Shown: positions 52,301 through 64,000 of the stretch, in pieces
Layout of the letters: each line of letters starts with the position of its first letter
Position numbering within the stretch: the first letter of the stretch is position 1
Assembly: GCA_030248215.1 (NCBI GenBank)
Contig: JASANG010003345.1
Coordinates: 186,001-250,000 of the forward strand
Direction: 5' to 3'
DNA: 64,000 nucleotides
Origin: Enoplolaimus lenunculus
Lineage: Eukaryota
Notes under the pieces: model-generated
What the model was told of the DNA's origin: nothing
Databases searched by the model: none
The model's input: the letters and a program-made list of their open reading frames with translations, nothing else
Position numbers and translations under genes: made by a program

Positions 52301-52688
52301 CAAGGTTCCAACAGGAACTACATTTGGCCGGAACAAGAACAGTAACCGGAATTTGAAATAATTTTCGTCGTCGAATTACTGTTGGACATTTTAGAAAACT
52401 TGCCTAAAAATTGTTTACGTGAATTTTCAGCTATTTCATGAACCAATTTTTGCGAAAACACGTCAGAGCCAGTTTATTCACAAAATTGAACTAATTGCAA
52501 CAACAGTTCATTTCGAAATAAAAAATTTTTAATGACAAAAGTTTTCTTTCCAGTATTTAAATGATTATGAATAATTTGCTACAAAACCGTTAAAATTCCG
52601 GTTCCTACATCTTTGAATGCAGGAATAGGAACACGAATTGAATTTTTGCAGGAATTCCGGCCGGAGCAGGAAATCCGGTTGAACCCTG
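52301..52688. mobile_element. Degenerate hAT-like MITE (CA.GGTTC.AAC.GGAA TIR)
   Basis: caaggttccaacaggaa...tccggttgaaccctg; subterminal CCGGAA/CAGGAA repeats; TSD only partly conserved. Confidence 0.55.
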
Positions 52689-53077
52689 GTAACCACCTAT
52701 TTATCTCTATTAGCAACTAGGGTGTCCCAAGCCGCTAATTGTTGTTCATGACATCTCAAGCAACGACTAGAACGAAAAAAATTATCCACTAATTATATGT
52801 ATTGCACCAAAAATATTTTATTGTGACACGCGTCGACGCTTCTATAAGGTTTAGTTTGCTGTATTTACATACGGTAGCTGTTGTGCTGATTTGAACAACA
52901 ATTGGCGCTTTGAATGGCACAGTTGAGTTGCCAACGTTGACACAAAATAACTGTTCAGGACGCGACATACACATGCTCCTGGTTCCATGCGGATAATCAC
53001 AATATATGTACCTGTATATAATCATATCCAATTCTAAGTTAAGCAGTACCATATCGAGCCTTTCACGAAAATTTGGC

Positions 53078-53158
53078 TGCCGATGTGGGGGAAGGCGACG
53101 GTCGCACCCACGACGTACGGATTACCGATCCGCTGCTCTAACCACAGAACTACATAGC
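53078..53158 (-). pseudogene. tRNA pseudogene or tRNA-derived SINE head
   Basis: Minus strand reads GCTATG-TA-GTTCTGTGGTTAGAGC (A box/D arm), GCGGA-TCGGTAA-TCCGT (anticodon arm), GTGGGTGCGACC (degenerate B box) with an insertion of about 10 nt, then CCCAC-ATCGGCA. Confidence 0.65.
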
Positions 53159-53338
53159 GATGCAAGAATTTCAATATATTCCAGTGAACTTTTTCCGGCC
53201 AGAAAATATAACATAACACCAAAACGAGGAGCATAAACCGAAATCAAGAGACTAATGCACACAGGCTGACCGCATAATACATTCAACGAGATGCGGACAT
53301 CAACTTAGTCTGATAGCCGTCTTCGGATGCACATTTAC

Positions 53339-53425
53339 CCATTCACAAGATCCAAAGTCGGTTCCAAAGCGTAGTCCGCTGACCGTACCATCCCAAAATG
53401 TTCTATCCCGTTAAGGTATTGAACG
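53339..53425 (-). CDS. Candidate 87-nt symmetric (phase 2/2) cassette exon of the SNRK-like gene
   Basis: gaacag|C GTT CAA TAC...AAT GG|gtaaat; open in the frame needed to join exon 51259. Confidence 0.3.
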
Positions 53426-53690
53426 CTGTTCACAACGTTTATATATACACAATCAATAAATGTATTTATGAAATTATATTGAGCACACACACATTTGATG
53501 TGAAAAACCAACAACACAGGAAGCACAAAACCAAAAAAGTTGCTGTAATAAACGCAAAAACCACTCTTCGCTGTTAAATCAACAAAAGTTCCAAGCATAA
53601 CCCAAATTAAACACCCTCGCATAACCGAACAAACACCCAGCCACGGCCCAATCATACAGTCTATCGTAATCCGATTAAGCCATCGACCTT

Positions 53691-53883
53691 GGCCCATACT
53701 CGCAAATGCGTAGGAGCGCCTAGCACCAGTTAGCGATAGGTTTTCAAACAGACGAACTATTTTAATTGGTGATATTACACTTGGCGCAGAAGTGGCACAA
53801 GTTAAATTCGAAAAATGTGCTCAAATTCGAACACGACCATTACCAACTGATGAGAGATGCTACACACATTTTGAATACAGTCC
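53691..53883. mobile_element. Copy of the GGCCC.TATTCTCAAATG MITE
   Basis: ggcccatactcgcaaatgcgtag...cagttagcgataggttttcaaac...gctacacacattttgaatacagtcc. Confidence 0.7.
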
Positions 53884-54048
53884 GTTGACCGAATTAAACC
53901 TTTTACCATTACCCAAGAAACCATTTTATTGATGGCGTGGACCGTAACCCAATTGGCAATTAATCACTCGTACCGTTGAACAGCAAATCCATTTGTGCAG
54001 AAACAATAACCCAACCATGATTTAGCCACACCTTCACTGTTCTCAACC

Positions 54049-54596
54049 TCATTTCTTTCCATTGCTCGATTTCCCAGCTGAAACTACTGTATTATCACTA
54101 CGTACTACAATAGAATTTGTGAGCAACGGACTTGGCGTCGGTTTTCGAGTATTGTGAACGTTGCGATGTTGATGATGACTAAGTACGCTTTTTATTAACG
54201 GCCGGCCTCCTAGCAATAATCGGCGCGGTCCGCCTTCATTTGGCTCTCGTCCATCCGGTGAGCCATCAGGATCAAAGGCTATTTTTGATCCTAAACGCTT
54301 GTCATTGTCCGCTTTTTCATTCGCTCTGGTTCCATTTTGGTCATCCTGCGTCTGTGAGCAGGAACTGGCGAAATGTTCGTTTCCAGCAACGGGTAGCTCT
54401 GATTTGACTACTTCAGCGTGTGGTCGGTCAACTGCTTTTGACGGCGGCGCCGGTGGCTCTTTTGATCTCGCGAGGCATTGATGTTGACCGCCGGTCGCGG
54501 CGTCTGTTTTCACTGGAGACGAAGCGTCGCCGCGATGTTCACGCAAACGTCTCAATAGTCGTCGAAGATAATCACTCATACCGTCTAGCACAATTG
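54049..54596 (-). CDS. Candidate alternative exon or ORF (MSDYLRRLLRRLREHRG..., 176 aa from ATG 54579) inside the SNRK-like intron
   Basis: GC-rich, coding-like composition in an AT-rich intron. Acceptor aacgcag| at 54597; donor-like AG|gttgag at 54047, just after the stop. Confidence 0.5.
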
Positions 54597-54880
54597 CTGC
54601 GTTGGTGGTATACGCAAACAGTACAGAAATAACACAAACTTATCAGTTATTTACGGTTTTACGGTATATGTACATACATTTATTTAAATATGCTTTAAAC
54701 ACAAGCGTAAAACAATTCGAATCAAGTCGAAGTTTTTGCTTTCTTAGATCAAATCTCTACTCCCCCCCACACACACAAGCGTATCCAGTAACATTTTTAC
54801 AACCCTGGTGATGAGTAGTACTCAAACAGTCCTGGTATACAATGAAACCAAGCTGAAAAGTATAAAAATCTTCAGAGCTG

Positions 54881-55106
54881 GGCCCATATTCTCAAATGCG
54901 TATTAGCACCTATCATCAGTTAGCGATAAGTTTTCAAACTTACGAACATCTGCAGTTGCAGATCTCAAAATTGGTGTATAGAAGTAGCAAATCGAACGCG
55001 AACAATGTGCTCTAAATTTCGAACCTCACCCTGTGCTGGGTTCAAAGTTACAGGGCCTATCACCAACTGGTGATAGGTGCTACACACACATTTGAGAATA
55101 CGGGCA
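54881..55106. mobile_element. Harbinger-like MITE (GGCCC.TATTCTCAAATG TIR)
   Basis: ctg|GGCCCATATTCTCAAATG...CATTTGAGAATACGGGCA|ctg (3-bp TSD). Relatives at about 53691-53883, 23690-23912 and 32105-32165. Confidence 0.8.
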
Positions 55107-55371
55107 CTGAAACGGGAAATTATGGAAAGGATGACTAAATTTACTCGTGTACTGAAAAGTAACAGTCTTCAACCCTTATAGTAGCAAGTTTTTTACGCCG
55201 TTACGTAGTTGAAAGGCGGGCAAACTTGACTAGATCCTAAAATTCAATACATGTATTAATATATTTTAAGAATAACCTGGTAATCATAGGCTAAATACAA
55301 AGTTGCACGCGACAACGAGCAGTAGTAGAGTTGCAGGACTTTTTTGGTTATTTTCAAAATGCATATATATA

Positions 55372-55374
<3 letters not shown>

Positions 55375-55458
<84 letters not shown>
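55375..55458. repeat. (AT)n microsatellite, about 42 units
   Basis: Direct reading. Confidence 0.97.
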
Positions 55459-55461
<3 letters not shown>

Positions 55462-57462
55462 TATTTATACATATATATTTAAGTAAGTGTCATGTATCAG
55501 TAGAAACTACTGCAAATGCTGAGTCGAATGGTGTTAAAATTTTCACATGGTTAACGAGTTATTATCAACCAACTCATTCGACGCCATTCCAAATCGCTTA
55601 CAGTGCGTCAGATTAGTTATTTGACCATATTCAGTCGTATAACTGCGAAAAAAATAACACTATTCCATTGAGCTGCGCAAACTACGTGTAATAAGAGTTG
55701 TATCAACTTTTTACAAAGACATTTGCGTTTCAAACCTTGAAACCTTAAAAAAAATCGATTTTTTCAAAAATTCAAACTTGAATGTGAAACAATCAGTGGA
55801 GGTCGTGAGAAATTGTGTCGAATGATTCTTAAATTGCCGACTTGTTGACAAAAAATTCTTTTAGTCCAAAAATCACTATGCGAAATTTTTCATAATTCGA
55901 TCATTTTTGTGTGAACGCTGGCTAGAAGACAGCGTTCACAACTAGCCAGCGTTCACAAGCCATAGTCAGACGCCTACACCGATTTTCTATTTTTGTAATC
56001 CGCAATGGGTCTTTTAAGTAGTTCTCCCATTAGCCGACCAACATTTGCCTAAAATGGTCCAATATAGAAAATTATTGTAGCGTCGACTAATATTTAAATT
56101 CCGGTTTGAAACGATATGAAATAACTTTTGATCATCCCAGTAGAATATGAAAAGTAGTGAAAACACGGTCATATCGCCAAAATATTATATACATATTAGC
56201 CACACAAGCAATGTATAACCAAACAATCGTTATTCATTCGTATTTCCGTCCATAATCGGTTACTCAAACTAACGCAGGTACGTATTGTATATAAATCTAC
56301 GTGACAAACAGTTACTTTTTAAACACTAAACCCCTAATCAACTTTTGTATAACTTCAACTTACCGTACTACAACTGCCCTCACACACACACACACACACG
56401 AACAGAATCCATCCAAACACTAAAACCTGCCAAAACAATTACATATCAGTATCAACAACAAATTAACTCTTCCGTCTATTGTGATCGTAAAACTCCAACT
56501 TACCGTTGATATATCTGCAATCTTGGCGACCCCCAACCAAGAAACCAAACTTAAAACAAACGCACACATAAAGTAGTCTTCTGACCTACCAACACAAGTA
56601 CACAAGTGTATACAAATGGCGAAACAAAGGGTGTATATATATCCTCCTATCCCGATCTCGAAACTTCTAAAAAGGCAATAAAACACACTTTTACCCAGCT
56701 TTATTAAAATAAAACAATTTTCTGGATGCTGGCGGGGGTCAAAAAACATTCTTCTACAAAAGGTAAGATTATATATAGACTCAAAACTCAAACCACATTC
56801 CTACGTACGCATCAGCCTAACAAACTAAACACGGCTACGCGTCGATCGCTCCACTCTACGCTGCGCTTAAATTTTTTTATACATCACACAGAACAGTATC
56901 CAGTTAAAACTCGTTGACAAACAATTTTCCCACGCTACTACTACTAAAACCCACCCTCGATCGGTCGTTTTCCCACGGTAAAGAAAAACTCTAAACGGCG
57001 GCAGCAGAAAGCAAACAACTCTAACTTGAACTGTTGAGGCGCAAACAACACAGATGGCGAGCACTGGTGACAACACCAAAAAACAAACTGCGAGTTCATA
57101 GACAAGTTTGTTCACACCAGATCGTTTAAGACAGCACGCAGTGCAGTCACTGGTCCACAGATCAAATTGTGCTTGCGGCCTCTTAACAGTTACGTATTGC
57201 CCAGCACTTTCCGCAAGAAAGTGCAGACGACGATAATATAATAGCTCTGAGCCTGAGCCGGTAAATAAATGATACTTAAACGATAAACAGTTTCGCATTC
57301 TCAAGTAGACGTTTAGTTTGATTTCGGTTTCTATTTACCATTTCAAACTTAAACTGGATTCTATCACAGACACTTAATTTCCTGTGCGATCAAAATATAC
57401 CATCAAACACAGTTTGCATATATATACATACAGATACACATAGTTACGTAAGACGTAGGCCC

Positions 57463-57873
57463 CAGGGTGCAATGCGGCACTGGATTATACTGGAATCGGA
57501 ACAACAAATTTATACCGGAATCGGAATCGAAACTACAAATTCTGTGACTATACGGATAATTTGTATTAACAAGTATATTGATTTAGGGCGTCTGTTGGCC
57601 GACAACAATTCTCAAAAACGTCGCATGAACAAATTGACAATTATTTTTTGGCTCTGTAAAACTAAACTACAATCAATTATTGATAAGTTAACTGATCGAA
57701 AACAATTGAATAGATAAATGATGCAGAATTTTTATACAACATATCACAATAAGTAGGGCTAAAATTAAAATGTGGAAATTCTGATTCCGATTGATTGTGC
57801 ATTCGGAATATCAGAATCGGAACTCGTTTAGAATTGGAAGTCAAATCAGAATCGGAATTCCGATTGCACCCTG
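57463..57873. mobile_element. hAT-type MITE (CAGGGTGCAA TIR; GGAATC repeats)
   Basis: TIR CAGGGTGCAAT...ATTGCACCCTG; perfect 8-bp TSD gtaggccc. Confidence 0.9.
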
Positions 57874-60417
57874 GTAGGCCCCCAAACACCGATCCATAAG
57901 AAACATTTGCGTTAAAAATTTGCAGTACTAAAATTGCGTTTGACTTCTCGCTCACTTCACCGCGCGACCTTCATAGGTCGACGACTTAAGCTGTCTTGTA
58001 GACTTCACCCTCATTTACGCTTCGGCTTACAACGAACCAACATTTACCGTAGAAATATATATGACCAATTTCATTACCAAAATTACACAAACCTCCGACA
58101 AAAATTCTATTCAAGCCGGATCCAGAGGTCGCTTTTTAGCTGGAACTGCTATATATCTGTTATTTTATGACTTTCAAAGGTTTCTTTGCGCGTTCCCGAT
58201 TGTTTCTTCAACTGTTATGGACGCCAAAAATGCGCCTGTACCTCAAAATGACAGTGGGATGTTCAGTTTTTCGTTGACAAAAAAGCGAAAAATTGTACAC
58301 AGATGTGCGTAGACATAAATACACACATCAAGCACAGTCCCGGTTTTTCGCATTTCGGGTGATACAACAGTACGTATCGCAATTTCGTCATACGAGTACG
58401 TAGTTACTACCTTAAAACGAACCAATTTCAATATCACAGAAACCTTAGAGTTACGTATATACATGCTTCAACATTTCATGTACATTGTCACGTTGCTCTG
58501 TGAACGCTAACTGCATCCCCCCGCCACGCCTGCCTGCTGATCGCATGTGCGGTCGCACTGTCTTAGAAACAAAAAATACCGTTTGAGTAGTACTTCGAAG
58601 CATGAACAAGAAAGTAAAAAAGAAAAACAAGCAATCGCTTGAAGGATACCCGCATCTTATTATCCTCGGCGCTGGAGGAACCAGAAAAGTTTTGTCGGGG
58701 GGTTCATTGGCTGAAGATATATAGATAGATAAATAGCGGTTATATTAGGATATAACGCCAGACGGGGCGTTCTAGTTTAGAAAATATAGACAGATTGCTC
58801 ATTGCGATATCCTATCATACGTTGAGCTTCAAAGGAAGCTACAAATGGATCAAAATTCAAGGCAATTATTACACACCAGAATCGATAAGAACTTAATTCC
58901 ACGCCCCAACCAACGGTACAACGCCTGAATGCGAACAGGATCGTACACACGGTATCCTCCATGTTTTCGTCAAAAACAAGCTCGCTTGCAAGCAGTAGCA
59001 AGCAGCACAGCAATATATATTTTGACGCCCACCCAACTCACAAGCGTTTTTCGATTTCATATTCAACAAGTTTTTTTTACCGCAACGCAAAGCGGTGGGA
59101 ATTTTACGCACGAACCGGCATTCAATGAACACCTTCCTGGATATATCAGCCCGTGCTCTGAATCCGATCGCGCTTACAAATTAAAAAGACATCGGTATGC
59201 GTAACATCGGCCGTCAAAAAACTTCAACACCACTACAGAGTATTTGTGCATCTACCCCAAACGCTCATCAACTTTATTAGCTCATAATACGCCCAACACC
59301 CGGTGACAATTCAAAACTAAACACGCCAAATGAACCATTCATTTGGCGAAATCCCACAACTTGATAACTTAAAATCCGAAACACTGCTCACTACAAACAA
59401 ACCAGGTAAACACCGATCTCAGATAACTTCAAAAAATAAATAAACGCCTATTTATAATCAAAAACCTTGCCGCTGAACACAAAAGTCTATTCTAGACAGT
59501 TACTTAAGTTATACAATTAAATCTCAAAACTACAGCAGACACATAATAGACAATGCAAGAAAGCGTCGAGACACCGATCGCTAGCTAAACACACCTATTA
59601 CAATGGGGTGGTTTTTTGAATGACTTTTTCTAAAAACTCGACAATTTTAACTACTACTACTTTTGATCAGTGCACAGAACAACTACAACTACAACAATAC
59701 GAAAACAATCCTAGCCAGCCAGTAGCGACCGCCAAACGTGCATTTTTAGCCGTAAATCATAATAAAAAATTTCGGGTTTTCATCGCAGTTCCAAAAGGAA
59801 CATGGTCTGACACCGACCGTGACCTGCTCTTCATCATCCACCAACGCGGGCATCAGTCCAACGCAGGAAAGCTTCGCATTGATACCAAGTGCTTGCGGCG
59901 GTTTGGCCGCCGATACCACCGAATTGTACAGCGAATTTTGCTGGCTAATCTCAAAGTATATATTTATTTTTTGAAAATTTAAATCCAAAACATTTTAAAT
60001 ACACAAACCAATAAAGGATGTTAATTAAATAACAAAAGACAAACAACGTTTAATCAAATTACGTATTACAACTACGAAATCAACGAAACATCTCCTTAGA
60101 CGAAAGTCGGCACCAGACTTACATATACTAGCATTTGCCAGAATTTACCATAATATTCGTTTCTATACATCAGTCAACTGGCCAGTCTAACATGCCAGTG
60201 GGTGAATAATACGACGCCAATATTTTCTGGGGGTGAACCAAGAAATGGCTAGTATTTCGGCGAATGCGGCCGCGTCCCGCGAAACATTTTTTCCAACCGT
60301 CCCATCAGTTAACATGAAAAAACCGCATACCATCTGAGCCACGAAGACAAGTATTTCAACGATTTTTATGTTGATTTTCATATTTTTAAGACGCCGAAGT
60401 ACGATATTGAATAAACG

Positions 60418-60812
60418 CAGTGTGCAGTCGGAATTACGATTCGGATTAGAATTGCGATTCAAAACGTGTTCCGATGCCGATTTCGATTCCGATTGCACAA
60501 TCAATCGGAATCGGAATTTTCACATCTTAATTTTAGGCCTACTAGTAGTGATACGTTGTATATGAATTAAATTGTTTTCGACATGTTAACTTATCAATAA
60601 TTGATTGTAGTTTAGCTTTACAGAGCCAAAAAATTATTCCCAATTTGTTCATGCGACGTCTTTGAGAATTGTTGCCAGCCAACAGACATTCTAAATCATT
60701 GTTAAACTTTGTTAATACAAATTATCCGTATAGCGTCAAATTTTGTAGTTCCGATTCCGGTAAAAATTTGCTGTTCCGATTCCGGTATAATCCAGTTCCG
60801 GTTTGCACCCTT
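60418..60812. mobile_element. Second, inverted copy of the CAGGGTGCAA MITE
   Basis: Reverse-complement homology to 57463-57873 along most of its length (e.g. ttgattgtagtttag.tttacagagccaaaaa). Confidence 0.85.
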
Positions 60813-61849
60813 CGACTCCGCCAGTGTCCAACCGAAGTAATTGAATAAAATTTCTTACTGGAAGCTTAATTGTAATTGTGGCCGTAATTTAACGTTTTTC
60901 AATTACTAAAATATATCTGTGCTCCAAGGTCGAATGTCAGACCCCCTGTACCAAAATTCCGTCATCGTTTTGGGTTTAAAACGGGGACCTTTTTCCGTTT
61001 TCCCTTTCAGCCGGCGGCTTTCGCCTAAAATAGTCTGATTTCGAAATTTTTTTCGTATTTGTGCTTCTCATGACCTCCCCTGATCATTTCAAACTCAAAC
61101 TTCAATTTTTGAAAAATCAGATTTTTAAGGTTCCGAGATCACACATCACACTTTAGAACCCAAAAATTTTTTGTCAAAAACTTACAAATTATATATTATT
61201 CGACGCATCTTTCAAAACTGAATCAAACGGCGTTAAAATCCACGCAATCAGACGATTTTTAACGAGTTATGATCAAATAACTGTGAAAACTGTTGGGAAG
61301 AAGTGAAAGAGTCAGTAAATGTACCAGGAAGAAGTACAAGTATTAAGCGCAAAATATACAAATAAATAAATATATAAATAAAATAAATAAATAAATAATA
61401 TAAATAAACCAAATACGTCTTTCAGCCACAACTACACTGATCACATTCCTCATTATTACAATGTTTAAATCTGTCGGTCAAAGCTATAACAACGTCCCGA
61501 AGGATTCTATTTCAGTAGCGTACTTATATACGTGCGTAGTGATTTTGGTTCTGACTGTAAAATTTAGCTTCCTCCGAAATTGCCATTTTTAAAATCGATG
61601 CAAACGCAAAACAAAGATTTGGGTCCCAGTTAAGCAATTGTTTCACGGCCGACGGGTGTACGTACGATCTCCCCTGATGTCAAAACTCACTTACAATATA
61701 GGGACGGATCGAAAAGCCAAAAATACAATCAATTGCGACTAAATAGTATCAATGGATGCATAATTACTCACCTGAACAATCCTTTCACTATACAACAGAC
61801 TCAGAATTGTGTTAGTGGTATAGATCACAGACCCAACTTAATTGTTAGC

Positions 61850-62237
61850 CAGGGCTCGACCGGATATCCAGTTCCGGCATAATGTCCAACAAACAACTGA
61901 CACCTGTATTCGGTATTAACATGCCGGATACGGAATATTTGCGGTTTTGGTTCCGAATGTTACAAAATTGCTTATTACATGTGGAAATACTAGCTTTGCA
62001 ACGACTGTATTTCTGCGCACGCCAGTACTGTATACGTACTGATATAAAATAAGAAATCTAAGCCAACAATTAATTTTAAATCAGTAACTAAATATTTTGG
62101 CACGTCTCAAGTTTTAGCAACAGTGCACAAATATAGACCCCATATCGGGTTAACATCCGGCTCCGGTTACCGGCAAAAAATTTACTATCCGGCTCCGGTT
62201 TCAGTATCCGGCAAAATTAATATACGGTCGAACCATT
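61850..62237. mobile_element. Degenerate hAT-like MITE (CAGGGCTCGACCGGA TIR; ATCCGG repeats)
   Basis: cagggctcgaccgga...tacggtcgaaccatt; subterminal ATCCGG/CCGGAT repeats. Confidence 0.55.
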
Positions 62238-62884
62238 CCGTTGGCAACCAATGTGTCACATGCGTGATATATCCTGACCTTTTTCCATCCCTGGAATTAA
62301 ACAAAACCCACCCGCAAGCAATGAGTTTAAAGTTTTTAATTTCTACGTAAAAATAATCCTCCGGCCCGGCGGAAATAAGACATCCGGCTCGCGTTGCGAA
62401 ATTCGGTATAAATGTATTGCAATACCGCATATTTACAGTCAAAACAATGTTTGCATTTCACCGACTCCAGCTCAGGTATCCGAGTTACTGACATGCGTTC
62501 GCTCCTTGGCGAGGGTTGGGTGCGAGCAAAAACACGAGTGTTTGCTAAATAATTTGCGACGTTTGCATATATATCTAGACACGCAGCACACAGGTTACAA
62601 TTCTGGCACTTGTAAACATGCTCCCACATCTCACCCAAACTAAGCTTCCACCATTGCCGCCAAGACAGCATTTTACCTGACTGTTTTTCAACAACTCATA
62701 AACTGAGAGTTTCCTTGAAACCAACGAACGTAACAAAACCAATCGCCATAAATAATAATCCTCGTTTAAGCTTTCAGTGTACACCATTGACACAACTCAA
62801 AAAAGCGACATAACACAACTGCTACAAAAAATATCTGTCTTTCTCTATCCAGATCTATCCCATCATCATGTCAAAGCATCATAA

Positions 62885-62927
62885 CATCATCAGCATCATC
62901 ATCATCATCAACAACAACAACAACAAT

Positions 62928-62961
<34 letters not shown>

Positions 62962-62986
62962 TAATAATAATAATAATAATAACAAC
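62885..62986. repeat. Compound (CAT)n(CAA)n(AAT)n microsatellite
   Basis: Direct reading. Confidence 0.92.
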
Positions 62987-63871
62987 GCACTTGCGTGTGT
63001 GATAACAAGGCAGTTTGCGATTAAAAATTCATGCAGATATTACATTGTTAACGGTGCAACAACACATGCATTATATATGTGCAGATAAGACACGTATTAT
63101 ATTGACTTGGAACTAAACCGATAAGTGTTATAACGCCTGTGGAGTGTGGGCATCAGAGCTGCACGCTACCCGTGGTTAAACGCGGGACGGGTACCGGGGT
63201 ACGTAACAAAATTTTGACGCGGGTATTCCCTCGGATAAAAAACTGCCAAACGCGGGAAAACAATTTCAAAGCGCGGGTAAAAATTTGTGATTTTTTACAC
63301 GCCAAAAATACTTAAAAAAATCTTGAAATCAGATTGTTAGAAAAACTTGAATTTTTAAACTGTTTTACCGTATGAGTGAAAAACTGTTGCGATGAGTGAA
63401 GATCAAGTAGTGAGAACGAAACGGGGGTCTTTTCGGTTATCCTCCCCAAGCCCGCGTTTACACAAAAGTGGTCGTCGGATTTTGAACATTATTATGGTCA
63501 CATAACTGATTTGGCGTTGACCCAAAACGCCCACTTTTGGGCAAAACGCTGGCTGGAGGATAACCGAAAAGACCCCGAAATTGTTCACTTACAGGCAGTA
63601 GGGTTGATAAACATCTGTTTTGGGACACTAGAGTTGATATATATATAACTGAAAATTTCTCCTAAAGAATAAAATTTTGTTACTCCTGTGCGTAAAGAAC
63701 AATGTGTTATATCGCCCTGGTGACACTGTTTGGTGCGATCTGCTCCTAACATCGTCTTTCTGTTGTTAACATTTAGTTCTTTATTAAAGAAAATAAAATT
63801 GTTCAAAATCATGAGTACTTGCGTATATACTTAATATAGAAATATATACGCACGTAAATATATCACTATAT

Positions 63872-64000
63872 ACGCAAAACGGTACTGGATTATACCAGAA
63901 TCGGAATCGGAACAACAAATTTATACCGGAATTGTAATCGGAATCGGATCAAAGAAATTTTGTGACCGTACGGAGAATTTTTGTATTGACAAATATAATG
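63872..64000. mobile_element. Third copy (left end) of the CAGGGTGCAA MITE, running off the window
   Basis: actggattatac..gaatcggaacaacaaatttataccggaat matches 57478-57530. Confidence 0.75.

Noticed and set aside
55256..55616. IY-repeat ORFs
   Set aside because: Translation of the (AT)n microsatellite.
62675..62793. Possible exon (..ELLKNSQ|gtaaaa)
   Set aside because: A donor-like site is present, but there is no recognisable motif or convincing link to other exons.
51260..64000. Kinase-domain exons of the SNRK-like gene
   Set aside because: I found no GxGxxG, HRD, DFG or APE motifs in the ORF track or in the donor-flanked segments I read. They presumably lie beyond the window, though very short exons could have been missed.

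Overview
Eukaryotic, intron-rich, AT-rich genomic DNA, probably from a nematode (inference: degenerate TTAGGC repeats, nematode-style zinc-finger modules, relaxed 3' splice sites). Two multi-exon genes lie on the minus strand. (1) An 8-exon gene of about 1,561 aa (13789->4517), all splice phases consistent, with three widely spaced paired-C2H2 zinc-finger modules, each closed by a helix-CFP motif and separated by poly-Asn/Thr/Ser linkers. (2) The 3' five exons (51259->39656) of an SNRK-like (SNF-related kinase) gene, recognised from its UBA-end and tail motifs. Its tail is very long (about 2,240 aa) and rich in Gln and Cys; the kinase-domain exons were not found and presumably lie beyond 64000. 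The long upstream intron holds a coding-like 176-aa ORF whose stop overlaps an ATG and a splice donor in phase with the UBA exon, a candidate kinase-less isoform. Introns and the roughly 25-kb intergenic region are packed with non-autonomous DNA transposons: hAT-type with 8-bp TSDs, Harbinger-like (one family filled with telomere-like TTAGGC repeats) and a 220-bp TA-flanked hairpin. There are also 20-bp and 49-bp minisatellites, an exact 112-bp tandem duplication and a tRNA-derived pseudogene. I found no transposase, CRISPR array or rRNA. All gene models were read by hand and lack transcript support.
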